A stretch of 64,000 nucleotides of DNA from Octopus sinensis (taxonomy: Eukaryota). The notes under the pieces are model-generated. The model was given only the letters and a program-made list of their open reading frames with translations. It did not search any database and had not been told where the DNA came from. Positions 36,625 to 49,465 of the stretch are shown one piece after another (position 1 is the first letter of the stretch; every line of letters starts with the position of its first letter). A program made the translations under genes and the position numbers. The DNA lies in NCBI RefSeq assembly GCF_006345805.1, contig NC_042999.1, positions 57,536,001 to 57,600,000 of the forward strand. Direction: 5' to 3'.

Positions 36625-36970
36625 CTTTCTTTCTTCCTTCCTTTCTTTCTTTCTTTCTTTCTCCTTCCTGTCTCCCATCTATCATTTCTTTCTTTATTTG
36701 TCTGTCTCTCTCTTTTCTTTCACTTATATTCACTCTTTTCTCTCCTTTTACTTTTTCTCTTTCTCTCATCTTTTCATTTTCCTCCGTCCTTCATTCTCTC
36801 CTCACTTTTCCTCTTTCTCCTTTCTCTCATCTATTCTTATCCACTCTCTTTTCTTTCTTATCTCACCCCCTTCCCTCTCTTCACATCCTTCCATTGTCCT
36901 CTCCTCATATACTCTATACCTTCTTTCTCTTTCTATAATACATTCACCCTCTTTTTTTTTTTTTTTTTCA
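36625..36970. repeat. CT-rich low-complexity tract upstream of the last MOGAT exon
   Basis: Direct reading; accounts for the F/L/S-rich spurious ORFs. Confidence 0.9.
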
Positions 36971-36977
36971 TTTCAAG

Positions 36978-37132
36978 TTGGAAAACCAATTGAAGTTCCA
37001 TTGATAGAAAATCCAAGTGAAGAGCAGGTTGAAGAAGTCCACAAGATTTATCTGAATAGTCTGTATGAACTTTTTGAAGAATATAAGGGCAAATATGGCA
37101 TTGATGAGATGAGTCACTTGATCTTTGAATAA
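36978..37132 (+). CDS. MOGAT: MOGAT-like coding exon 4 (terminal)
   Basis: AAG|TT GGA: VGKPIEVPLIENPSEEQVEEVHKIYLNSLYELFEEYKGKYG..LIFE*; spliced CDS 487+175+200+155 = 1017 nt = 338 aa plus stop. Confidence 0.95.
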
Positions 37133-39265
37133 CCTTTTCACATCTTCAAAATCAGAATTCTTTATATATTTTTCTATTTTTTTCTTTGTTACAATTTCTT
37201 GGGTCAGTTATTTTCTTCCATTGTCTGTATAAATTTATTTAGCTCTTTGCTGATTCTTCAGTTTAGAATTTCATCATTTTGGTCTTCATCAGTACACAGT
37301 GTGAATGAATCCTGAACCATGTGGTTGGTAAGCAAGGTACTTACCACACGGTTCATAGTTTTAGCAAGATTTTGGATTTGTTTATTCTTTTCTTTTGTTA
37401 ATCACATTTTTTTCACATTTTGTTTATTTGTTCAAGAAGAATAGAAAATAAGAAAAGATGGTGGGGAATTAGAAATGGTAGGGACACCCTGCCCTTGACA
37501 GCCTTATAGAGTCCTGGGTAAAGCAATCCACAAGTACCAGAGTGCATTGCCACAGAAAATTGCAGCATTCATTGATTAGCATTGGAGTCATGGGCAGTGA
37601 CTCAGTGTGTCCATCTCTTAAACTGAATCTGTTTAGAGGGTATGCTAAATGCTTTGTAGTATTTAAGTTCTAAATTCAAATACTGCCAGCGTCAATGTCG
37701 CAACCATTCTGTTCGATATTTGAGTAAGACATTTAACTCCATGTTTTTATTTATCTACCTGTCAGATAAAAATACAAGATTTGTTTTGCAATGCTATTTA
37801 CAATAGACAGCATCCTCCCCATGTTAGAATCAAATTAAAGTCTCATCCGTTTACTGTATTGATTCCAAGCTAAGCATTTACTTTATACATCTCTATGATT
37901 CTTTTATAGGATGTTTCTCTTATATCTAAGTTTATATATCATTTTCATGCATGCAATAATTTTGTTTCCATGATAAACAAATATTGTGTCTTCAACTGTT
38001 TTCAAATTGTTTTGTTTTTTTTACAAATTCACACCAGACCAAAGGGTATGCTAAAATCAGGACTGACTTGATTATGATTAATACAATAAAAGTCTTCAAA
38101 TTGTAGTTTCAAGCAGGTACAGAGGTTCCAGGGGCTAACAGTACCATTCTTTAAACTTGCAGATTCTCTTGTTAAATGATGTATTTTTCATTCCGTGTTT
38201 TCTAAAATTTGCTAAATTTGATTTTGAGTAGTTTCAAATGGAAATTAGAAAGATGTGCTTCATTTTGTAACTACTTTAACAAAAACTTTTGATGAAATTT
38301 GAAACCAATATCACAAGATTTGAATCATTTTTTGAGATCTATTGTAAATGAATATTAAAAAAAAGTTTAAATAATGGTAGAACCATTGTATTCTATTTCT
38401 GCTGAACTGCTTTCATCAGTGTTAATTTTGTTTTATTAATTTGAGTTTTTAATGGAAATGACTTTGAATCTAAGAACAGTGTTCACATTTAAAGAGAACT
38501 AATACACCTTTCTATAAGATAATCAAATTAAATTAGAAGAATTCTCTTTAACTCTGCTTACATATGCAACAAACTTCACAGATAAAATGCAGATTTTACT
38601 CATTTTTCCGTATGCATTTATTAAAAGTTTATTTCATTTTTATCAAAGACTTAATTTAAGATAATTCAACATTTGTGAATATCAATTAAAGTTGTTAAAA
38701 GAATTTAATTTGCAAATACAAAAAAAATTATATTTTTATATAACAAGAAATTGACTACTGTAAAAACCCATGTAATTTGCGCACCTGTGTAATTTACGCA
38801 GATGATTTTCAGAATAAAATTTGTTAAAAAAAGGCTTCTACTCATGTAAAATTCGCACCTAAAAGTTTTCAGAATCACTGATATAGCCAATTTAGTTGTA
38901 TTTAGCATAATTCCACCTATGATTAGATTTTATTAAATTTTCATTAAATAATAATAATTTCTGTTTAACAAGTGTCACATTGAAAGCTATTAAATTACCA
39001 AGTGTTTGTGTTGTTTATCATAAACTTTATTTTATATTTCTTGCCCACAAGAGATTATGTCTGATCTTTAGCATACTGCTGTGCCTCTTCTCAAATCATG
39101 ATCACAGGAAAAGTTGTTAATACTAACAAAAACAAAGCTGATAAATACACACAGGTATTGAAAATTAAGTTTAATTACCAATAAACACCAGCTTGGATGA
39201 CACTTTACTCAACTGACAGAGGAAGGTGACCAATCAAACTGATTATGCAAACAGAGTTTACATAT

Positions 39266-39430
39266 AGGTGCAGGAGTGGCTGTGTGATAAGTACTTTGCT
39301 TACCAACCACATGGTTCAGGGTTCATTCCCACTGTGTGGCACCTTGGGCAAGTGTCTTCTACTATAGCCTCGGGCTGGCCAAAGCCTTGTGAGTGGATTT
39401 GGTAGACGGAAACTGAAAGAAACCCATCGT
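39266..39430 (+). mobile_element. Family B SINE, 5' half
   Basis: Homology to 1403-1565. Confidence 0.85.
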
Positions 39431-41151
39431 ATATGTATGTGTTATTATGGTTATTTTAAATTTGTATGTTATTGTATTGTCCAGTTTGCCTGGTAACCTA
39501 ATTATATTTCCGTTTTAACTATTTCAAGTCCACATTTACTGGAACTGTTACAAAACTTTATTTTTATTGAATTGATTATTTCATGATCATTGTAGCACTA
39601 ATATTTCCATTTAGTTATTGTATATGTTTCACTGTGAATAATTTCATCTTTCCAAGATTATATTTCAGAGCAGTGTTACTATTGTTTACACTAGCTCATT
39701 TCACAATGGACCTAGTTGTTCACATATATAAAATTACAGGGCTTCCAGAACTCAGTTCCCCTGAGATGGGTAGATCTTCTCAAGAGCTGCATAACACCAA
39801 TCATTTGTTACCTTCTCCATGAAGTCCAAGGTCATGAGATCAGTCTTCACTACTTAATCCTGTCTGTGTCCCTCTCTTCCACAAGCTCCATTGATATTTA
39901 GTGATTCACACTTCTTTTTACAGTTTTTCTCATCTATATGCATCACATGTCCATACAAGCACAGTCTTCCTTCTTACACACATTCTTATGCTTAGTTTTT
40001 TCTCTCCACATATTTCTACTATGTCTTTCTTGCACACTTAAATTGCATATTCAGTGGAACATGATTTTCTTTATTTCTTTTCAATTTTTTCAAATTCTCT
40101 GCATTCAAATTTTCTCAAATTCTCTGCATTTAAGGCCCATGTCATACCACCATGTAGCATTTCAGTCGTAACACAAGCATCATGCATTTATAATCATTTT
40201 ATTGTCACCAGTTACAAAAAGGAAAGATACATATTGATCAAAAGTAATGAAATATATTTTACAAAGTTGAAATAATGTCTGAATGAGGACTTGATTTCAA
40301 AGAAATAGAAAGTACCAGTACTTTGTGAATAATGTATATGTTTGAAATTTTATTCTTTAGAACTTTCATGGAGTGTGGGTAAGCTTATATTTGTTTCTCT
40401 GTTATACACATTTGAAAATTCCTTGTAACTGGGGATGTTATGTATCTAGATTTAACACAGAATAGGCTGTTGTATATATGCCGAGCATCACAACATAGTC
40501 CAAAATTAGAATCTGGATATGGATCCAAGATGATGATTAATGAACTGAAATCTGAAACTGATCCAGATTGATCAAATATCTATTCCTGATTGGTGACCTG
40601 AAGCCAAACTCGATCCAGTGTCTCTTTCTGGTTGGTGGAGAATGGATGAAGACTGATCCTGATGATCTCATAACTATTCATGATTGGTGGCATGCCTGTA
40701 TATCATGAAGTATGAATATTGTGAACTGAGAACTCAAAAGTTAGAAGAGAGTATTTGGATTATTGGCGAAAAGATTTAGAAATGGTACCAATGACCATTT
40801 AATTAGGGCCTAAAGTCAATAAATCTTGTAAAAATAATTAATATAAAACATGTTTTCATATAATTTTCTTTTATTTGTCTGAGAAATAAAAATCTAATAC
40901 ATGTTTTAAAGACATTATTAAACAAGAGACAAATTTTTTATTTCACAAATATCTTTGACCCATGAATATAAAGTATTTAAACTTTACTGGAACACATTTA
41001 CCAGACAATAAAAACACACAATATATGCACATATATAATTTTACTATCGTGGATTACCTGGAAATAAGTGTGTATAAAAATATAAATATTCTATACTTCA
41101 TTTAATAATTCTGAAAAAAATATATTGTGCACTGGTACCATATATCAGCTA

Positions 41152-41350
41152 AGTTTGAATACACACACACACACATTGAGGAAGCAACCAGGCTGCTGGA
41201 GTTCTGTGATGCAAATGATCTTATGGTTTGTAATACTAACTTCAGGAAACCTGCCTGTGATTTTTTCACCTACCAATCTGGTGAACACACTAGTCAAATT
41301 GATTACATCCTTGCCAGGAAATGGGAGAGATGGCTACTTATAAATGCCAA
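41152..41350 (+). mobile_element. LINE (probably RTE) AP-endonuclease fragment
   Basis: RLLEFCDANDLMVCNTNFRKP..FTYQSGEHTSQIDYILAR. Confidence 0.8.
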
Positions 41351-41351
41351 A

Positions 41352-42082
41352 GACCTGCTTTGGGTGTTCGTTTTGGAGAATCCTCTGCTTTTTTCCATGA
41401 TCTTCTTCGTTTCACATTATTGTAAACTACCCACTTTTCATCTCCAGTAACAATTCTTCTCAAAAAGGGTTTGTTGTTTTCCCTTTTCAGTAATGAATAG
41501 CAAATGGAAACCCTCTGGACAAGATTTGCTTCTGTCAATTTATGGGGAACCCAGACATCAAGTTTAGAAACGTAACCAAGTTTATGCAATTCATTTTCCA
41601 TACTTGTTTTGGATATGTTAAGAATATCTGTCTGGTCATAAGACTGCAGTCTTGTTTGACTACAGCTCTCAGTTGGTCAATGTAAATTTCTTTTCGCCGG
41701 CCAGAGCGAGGTGCATCTCTTACTGAAAAATTCCCTGATCGAAATTGAGCAAACCATTTCTGGCACACCCGTTCTGAAACAGCATTCTCTCCATACACAT
41801 TGCATAACTTTTGGCAAGTTTCTGTTGCTTTCTTTCCTTTTCTGAAGTAAAAAAGCATAAAATGCCAATAGTGCTCCACCCGGTCTTCCATGTCTAGGCT
41901 CAAATGCAATCAAACAACTTACAATCTCTCTCCTTTGAGGCTTGTTACACACTGATGTAACCTTGGTCGTTATACCGAATACAGTTTCTAAAGAAAAAGA
42001 ATATCAGAACAGTGATTAGAAGACCGGACAGTTGATACTAAAAAAAAACAAAAAACAAACGGACTTTTTGGCCAACCCAATA
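41352..42082 (-). mobile_element. Mariner transposon, 3'-truncated and frameshifted
   Basis: HTH region QKWFAQFRSGNFSVRDAPRSGR, WVPHKL and IVTGDEKWVVYNN motifs; TIR TA-TTGGGTTGGCCAAAAAGTCC at ~42060-42082. Confidence 0.9.
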
Positions 42083-42937
42083 TTTTGTTCAAACTTGATC
42101 CCAGCATTACTTAGGACTTGTGGGATCTTTGAATGCTTTAAGTTCTCCAAAAACAAAAAAAACAAACAAAAACAATCGATGAGTGTAAAAAAATCGATAA
42201 ACCGATTTCTTATAGGATTTCCCAATCAAATTGTCTGCAAAATTTCAGCCAAAAGTTTACCAATTTCAACGGATTTCATTCAAATTTGACGTCGATATTA
42301 CTTAGTTTGCTTTGAAATAAAGAGCTTGATTAGCATAATAATACCAACTTAATCCTGAGCAAAGCCGCGCTAAGCTTGCTTGGTGAGGAGGGTGTTTATT
42401 GGACACCCTGATGGATGAAAAACAAGACCTGTCAAAGGGCGAAGGACCTCTTGAGAGTCAAGGCCATCCAATAAATGTTAGCATGGGTACGCAGAAATTC
42501 CGGGATGGTGTCCGGCATGCTGAAAGACCACTGGGAGTGAGGCGCCCCTCAGCTTTTGTTAAAGCATGTCTCTAGGAGAAGGTCACTTTGATATAAAACC
42601 AGACATGCAGGGAATGGCACTGGACATTTTGGGATCTCATATTGGCACCAGACATCTTGCTCTGGCTTGTCTCTGGATAATGTCAATAAAGTGGAGAGGG
42701 TCTATGAGGTGTTGTGCAAGCCTTATTGGACCTAAAACTCTGCACAGGCATTGCCGACCTCTGCTCGATTCCTGAAGGTCAGCAATGGTGTTCCTTGGTC
42801 ACGAGTGGATGGCCATCACATTATATATATATATGTATGTATGTATCAATAATAAAGGGCAAAATTAATTAATCAATTAATAATTAATAATTTTACCAAG
42901 TAGTTCAGTATGTTAAAAGAGCCATTATCAGTAACCT

Positions 42938-43323
42938 TATACAAAAATTCTATAATTATAAGCATAATTATAATTAGGGTTCAGCAAAAATTGCTTCACC
43001 ACATACTGAAATTTAGAAATAGCAGTTAAATACTATTACATTACCATAAGATATCTCCCAGACAGTTATACTCTCAACTCATGCAAGTAAAAAGAAAAAA
43101 TAATGAATCCACCAGGCTTTGATTAATTATATACGCGCTTCTGGGTTAAAGAGATGGTGGAGTCGTTATTTTTTCTCTTTACCTGCGTGAGTTGAGAGTA
43201 TTACTGTCTGGGAGATATCTTATGGCAGTGGAATAGCATTTAACTGCTATTTCGGTATGTGGTGAAGCAATTTTTGCTGAACCCTAATTATAATTATGCT
43301 TATAATTATAAAATTTTTATATA
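42938..43323. repeat. Hairpin element (~170-bp arms, ~40-bp loop)
   Basis: 42938-43113 is the reverse complement of 43156-43323 with scattered mismatches. Confidence 0.9.
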
Positions 43324-43728
43324 TGTATGTAAGTAGACATGAAGCATGATCCCATCAAACTATCCATCCCATGCCAGCATGGAAAATGAACATTCAATGA
43401 TGATGATGATGATAATGTATGTGTGTGTGTGTGTCCTTCAACTTTTTTCTTCGCTTTCTGCACAGTGGGTACTTCTAGTAAATTATAAAAACCATATAAA
43501 TATATTTCTTAAACCATACAAATGTTGAAATTGTAAAAACCATATAAATTATAAAAACTATATAAATTTACTATATAAATTGTAAAACCCATATACATAT
43601 ATTTATAAACCATATAAATATATTTTGATTAGATATGTGTTATTTCATCTTTTTGTGAAACTCAGTCTTCTGCTTAGTGAGTTTGTAATGACCATAAATT
43701 TTTTATGCGAATTGCCTACCTTTTCATT

Positions 43729-43787
43729 TCAGTTTTCCACATGGGTTTCAACAGACCAGTTATTAAGGTTTTGTCCATACCATTCAA
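43729..43787 (-). CDS. TGDS: TGDS-like terminal exon
   Basis: TTTTACAG|TT GAA TGG TAT: (I)EWYGQNLNNWSVETHVEN*; phase 1 matches preceding exon. Confidence 0.85.
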
Positions 43788-43904
43788 CTGTAAAAGAAGA
43801 ATTATAAATATTCAATTTCAACAGTAAACTATATCATATTACATTGGAAAATATATATTTATATTTCTAAAATTGTAATTTCAAAAAAACAAAAATGATC
43901 TGTC

Positions 43905-44105
43905 CTTTAGAAAATCAGTTTTTAAGGAAGAATATACAGTGTATCAATGTAAGGTCAAAACAGGGGATCAAATGTATTATTACATGGGTCAGTCTGCTAC
44001 AATTTGTAAATCTAGATTACATAATCATTTTCATTCATTTAAGTATAGAAGAAAATGTAATTCTATGAATCTTAGTAAATGCATTTGGAATTTAAAAGAC
44101 AGGAA
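43905..44105 (+). mobile_element. Penelope-like GIY-YIG endonuclease fragment
   Basis: CPLENQ..VYQCKV..YYMGQSATICKSRLHNHFHSF..NLSKCIWNLKD. Confidence 0.75.
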
Positions 44106-44349
44106 CATGCTGGCTGAAGCTTTGTAATTGCATTTGGTAGGCAGAAGTTACTGCCGTGTGTGTACATGTGTGTGTAGGTGCTTGTGCCTCTCCAAGAGAG
44201 AGAGAGGGGGATTATTAGTTATGCACCATCATACAATACTGGTAATTTTAAATGTGATTTTTACTTTGAAGAAATGTATTATACAATTACTTCTAAACTG
44301 GTATTATTAAATTGTAAAAGTACATTTACACTGAAATGCTCTCATAAGT

Positions 44350-47095
44350 TGTTATATCGCATGTTTGGATGGTGTGCCTTCGCCAGTAACGTACCTCTAC
44401 TCAACTACCAAACTCTCACTTCCAATGACTTGACTCAACAGAACTCGACACCTAGTCTATTCACGGCTACGGCTCGCTCTCTTGACACTCCCCAACTAGC
44501 TATTACGTCCACTATTTATACATATTGGACTAGCCTACTTATCATCTGGGGGTGTCCACACAAAAAACTTCCCCCTTTGGAGAGTTTTTTTTTCTCTAAA
44601 CCCGAATTTATCAATTTTATTTCCTTGGTGAGAAACTGGCATTTCTTTTTCTCTTAGCGTTAATTTCCATAATTTCTGTAGGTTCTCTCTTCCTGTTTGA
44701 CCTACGCGTCGGTTCTGCTTCTGCTTGGGTTTCTATTTTCTGTTTCCTACTCAGCAACAATTTATCAAAAATAGAATGAATTTTTCTGGAAAACATCAAA
44801 TCTGCGGGTAACCTACCCGACTCTGCATTTGGATTCAGTGTTATTCTATACACCTGCAAAAACTTTGTCATTTTTTGTATCTTCAATGGTTTTCCGTCTG
44901 GTCTTCTTTAAAGTTCTCTTGAATGTGTCGACAAATCTTTCCACTAACCCATTTGACCTTCAGTGGTATGGCAGAGTTAACACATGCTTCATTTGAACCA
45001 ACTTACAGAATCTTTCTAACCCCTTCGCTGTGAATTGTGTACCATTATCTGACACGATCGTATCTGGCACCCCATAATGAGCAAATAATTCTTCCAAGAA
45101 GTCAATCATCCCACTTGTGGTTGGCCTTGAACATTTACACACCTCTGCCATTTGGAATACCTATCCACTACGATGATATAATGAGAGCCATTTATTGGTC
45201 CTGCAAAATCCACATGCAGTCTAGACCATGCTGAATCCGTTTTTGGCCACAGTTGAATCTGCACTGGGGGCGCCTTTGCTGCCATAGCGCATCCCCTACA
45301 CTGTTTTACCAATCTCTCAATTTGCTTGTCCATATTCTGCCAATAAACGTAACTCCTCATGAGGCTCTTCATCCGGACAATCCCTAGATGTCCTACATGG
45401 AAGTCTTTTAATACTCTGTATTGCAGCGCTTCAGGTATTACCACTCTTAGTGCATATAATAACTCATTACTTACTGAATAGTGCTTTGAACCTGTGTCCT
45501 GCTCATTTATATTTTTCATGTTAATCAACATTTTTTTAATCTCGTTTATGAACCTATCTTTTCCTGATCCAATTTAATTTGTACCAGCGTAACCAGCAAA
45601 TCATGTACTACATTGCACAAAATGTTCTTCAGTTCTATTTCTAGTTTTAACGATGCAATCACCGTGTCTTCAAAAGGTTCCTCATATTTTGGAATTAGCC
45701 TCGACAACCCATCTGCGTGTCCCATTTTCATTGATAGCAAAAACTCCATCTGGAAATCATAGTTCAACAGAGTAGTCCCCCAGTGCTGTAAGCGGTTTGC
45801 TGAGTGCGTGGGGATACCCTTTTTCGAACTCAGAATAGACAGTAATGGTCAGTGATCCGTTTGCAGTGTAAACTTCTTCCCATATAAGAATTTATTACTG
45901 CGAAGATTAATGATAACGCCTCTTTTTCAATCTGGCTGTAGTTTCTTTCTGCTGGTAATAGAACTCTCGATGCATGTGCAATAGCTTTGATTTTACTATC
46001 ATTAAATTTATGCAATATCACAGCTCCTATTCCATATTCACTAGCATCCGATGCCACAATTATTTTTAGGTTTGGATCGAAATGAGTTAATGATAACTCT
46101 GATGTTAACCACTTTTTTAGTTCCTCGAATGCTTTCTGACATTTGTTTGTCTAGTCCCAATTCAAGTCCTTTTTTAGCAACTTGTTTAACGGAGCTCTTA
46201 GCTCATTTTAGGTATGTACAACTGGTAATAACTTACCAGAGCTAAAAATGCTTGTAGTATTGTTTTGTTAGTGGGAACAGGCATTTCTTTTATCACGTCG
46301 ATCCTAAAAGGGTCTGGTTTTCATCCATCACCTGTCCTAAGCACTTTATTTTTGTCAAGAAAAATTCACATTTATCCTCACTTACTTTAAACCCATAATC
46401 GCTTATTTGTTTGGAAACCTCTTCTATATGTTCAATATGTTGGTCCCTCGATTCACTTTTGATCAATATGTCATCCAAGTATGGGACCGTGAACTCACAA
46501 TCTGCTAGCATAGTATCCATCACTTGCTGAAATATTGCTGGTGCGGCCTTAACCCCAAATGGCAGTCTTTTGAAATGGTACAGACCTTTATGAGTATTGA
46601 TTGTTAATACTTTAGCACATTCTTCATTCACCAGTAATTGGGGGTAGGCATCTGACAACTCCAGCTTGGAAAAAATTTTCCCACCATTGCACTTAGCAAA
46701 TATTTCTTCTGGGTTTGGAAGCGGATAATTGTAATTTTTTAAACAATCATTAAGACCAGTTGAGAAGTCCACACATACTCTTATTTCATTGTTCTTCTTT
46801 TTTATATATACAGTAGGAGCTGCCCACTCAGAGTAGTCTACTTTTGCAATTACCTCCATGTCTTCCAATCTTTTTAATTCCTTCTCAATTTGGTTTAACG
46901 CCGCAAAAGGTACATTCCTTTCAGGTTTGAACACCGGCACCGCATTTTCTTTCAACTCAAACTTTACTTTGATTTTTTTTACACGTACCGAGTTCTTTCA
47001 AAAACACATCAGGGTACATCTTTTTCAATTTTAATTTTAATTTTTCCGTTGCTTTCTCTGACACAGACTGTGACACTTTCATCTAATCTACCATG
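44350..47095 (-). mobile_element. Ty3/Gypsy remnant: RT, RNase H, integrase and 3' LTR (~44350-44562)
   Basis: WAAPTV..RVCVDFS..PFGV..YLDDILI; ASDASEYGIGAV..YSQIEKEAL; HVGHLG..CRGC, LHVDFAGP, VSDNGTQF; purine tract AAAGGGGGAAG near a TG...CA segment; multiple frameshifts and stops. Confidence 0.9.
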
Positions 47096-47770
47096 AAATC
47101 ATATGGAAATATTACCATACTTGGAAACAGGTGAGTGTTGACGCCAGGAAGGAATTTTCTATGGCTAGGTTAGCCATAGAAAATTTACATCAATAAATTC
47201 CATCCAAACTATGGATGTGGTGTGAACTTTATTTGTGCAAAAAATAGAATTCTGACTCAAGGCACCAATAGTTTGAAGAAAAGAAATGAACTGTTAACAG
47301 CCTGTCTAGTGTTGCTAAACTTATCTTTATCTTTTGATCTTCAGACTAATCAGAAGACATTGATGGAGAGAACTGTTGTGCTAGTATAGTTGATTATTAA
47401 ATGAGTGCTATATGAGCCCCGATATAGTGTTATTAGGTGAAACATCAACATTGTATACAGTATTTATTTTTTGCTAGGTATTTGCCTTTTAGGGGACAGT
47501 AATCTACATTTCAAGCAATTGTATATTGGCATCTTTTGCTCCTGGTTTATTGCAATATTTTGGCACTGTAACTCTTAAATGATATTTTATATGTTCCACG
47601 TGTAACCATAATTCCCCTTTCCATAGAGTGATTAGTGGTTAATGATGGGAAAATTATCATAACACTGTAAAAACATTTATTCCAACAAAAAAGAAAGCAA
47701 AGCTATCCTATTCATGCTAACACACAAAAAAAAAAAAAATGCATGTAAAACAATAAGAGTAAAGACTCAC

Positions 47771-47927
47771 TTGTTTTTTCAATTCCAGTTTCCCAAGGTT
47801 CTTTTGTCTTCCATCCAAATTGAAGTATTTTGGAATAATTGATATTGTACTGATTATCATTAAAAACTCGATCTTTCACAAATTCAATGTACTTCGCAAT
47901 ATCATCTTCACTGGTAACATTTTTGAT
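47771..47927 (-). CDS. TGDS: TGDS-like penultimate exon
   Basis: TTTTAG|IKNVTSEDDIAKYIEFVKDRVFNDNQYNINYSKILQFGWKTKEPWETGIEKT A|GTGAGT; aligns by eye with the TGDS C-terminus; not in the ORF track. Confidence 0.88.
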
Positions 47928-48016
47928 CTAAAAATTCAAATAATAATGAAAAAAATTACAAAAACACCCGAAACATATGAAAAATAAATTGATTTAAAAT
48001 GTTTCAAAATAAATAG

Positions 48017-48480
<464 letters not shown>

Positions 48481-48919
48481 AATTATCAATTTTAAAATAG
48501 GTAACTTAAAATCTTAGCTTCTATCCACAACAGCCCTGGACTAAAAATGAATTTAATCAGTGAAGATAAATTGAGAAAGTATATGGTTTTACTGTTATTG
48601 TTTTAGTCCCAGGTCAGCCACGACTGAGCAAACCTATGAGCTAAAGTACTCCAGCCTTGCCCACCATAGCTTTTCGTCAAGCTTAGTGCATCTATAATTA
48701 CATAATCCAATGTGTCCTTTTAAAAAAGACTGTCATTTGTATTTTGAAAAACAATTAGCTGGTATTTCTAGCAGTCATGCAACCATGTAGAGGCTTCCTC
48801 ACTGGCTCATTTAGGCGTTTTGTTAGTGTTGACGGGATCATTAGTAGCTGTTGTAGTGGCAGTGGCAACAGTTGAGCAGCAGCAGACGACGACCATGATG
48901 CCGGCAATAATGATCTTTT

Positions 48920-49465
48920 CTAAATCTACACCATATCTTGCCCAGAATATTAATCGTCTGGAAACCGTTCAGCGGCGTGCAACCAAAAGAATACCCTCCA
49001 TCAGGCATTTGCCATATTCTGAACGCCTTACTTCCCTGGGCATGGACACATTGAAACTCTGACGTCTGGCAGCTGACTTGGCAGACACCCATAAAATTAT
49101 CAACCATCGTACAAACAATAACTCTGAGCACCTTTTCAAACTCCACCTGTCTAAGACCCGTGGAAATGTTCACAAAGTCAGAAAACAGCACAGCTCCTTC
49201 CATGACTTTCGGAAACATTTTTTCATGCTAAGAGTTGCTGAAGCATGGAACAAACTGCCAGCATCAGTTGTTAGTTGTCGGAGCACTGCATCCTTCAAAA
49301 CTTCCATGCTTCCTGAGATTCGCCAACACTACACACGCAAGCATGTATCTAACTCATACACTGTTCACTTCCCAGACATTTGTACATTACTGCACATGCT
49401 TTATACGCACTTTTGACAAGTTGTGGTGCACCTGAGCACTGTATACAATAATTTCATTTTTATTA
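48920..49465 (+). mobile_element. CR1-type LINE 3' end
   Basis: RLETVQRRATKRIP..YSERL..L.TL..RL..DL..KII..TRG..KHFFMLRVAEAWNKLP. Confidence 0.85.

Noticed and set aside
42890-42937. Hammerhead-like remnant on - (CTGATAA..TGAAC-TACT-TGGTAA)
   Set aside because: Both core segments are mutated and stems II and I do not form convincingly.
47093-47130. Plus-strand mini-exon MKSYGNITILGN with CAG|GTGAGT donor
   Set aside because: No promoter or downstream partner exon; antisense within a TGDS intron at the Gypsy edge; likely chance.
47153-47185. Perfect 15-bp hairpin with 3-nt loop
   Set aside because: Real but isolated; most simply a collapsed MITE remnant. Bacterial-type terminator logic does not apply.
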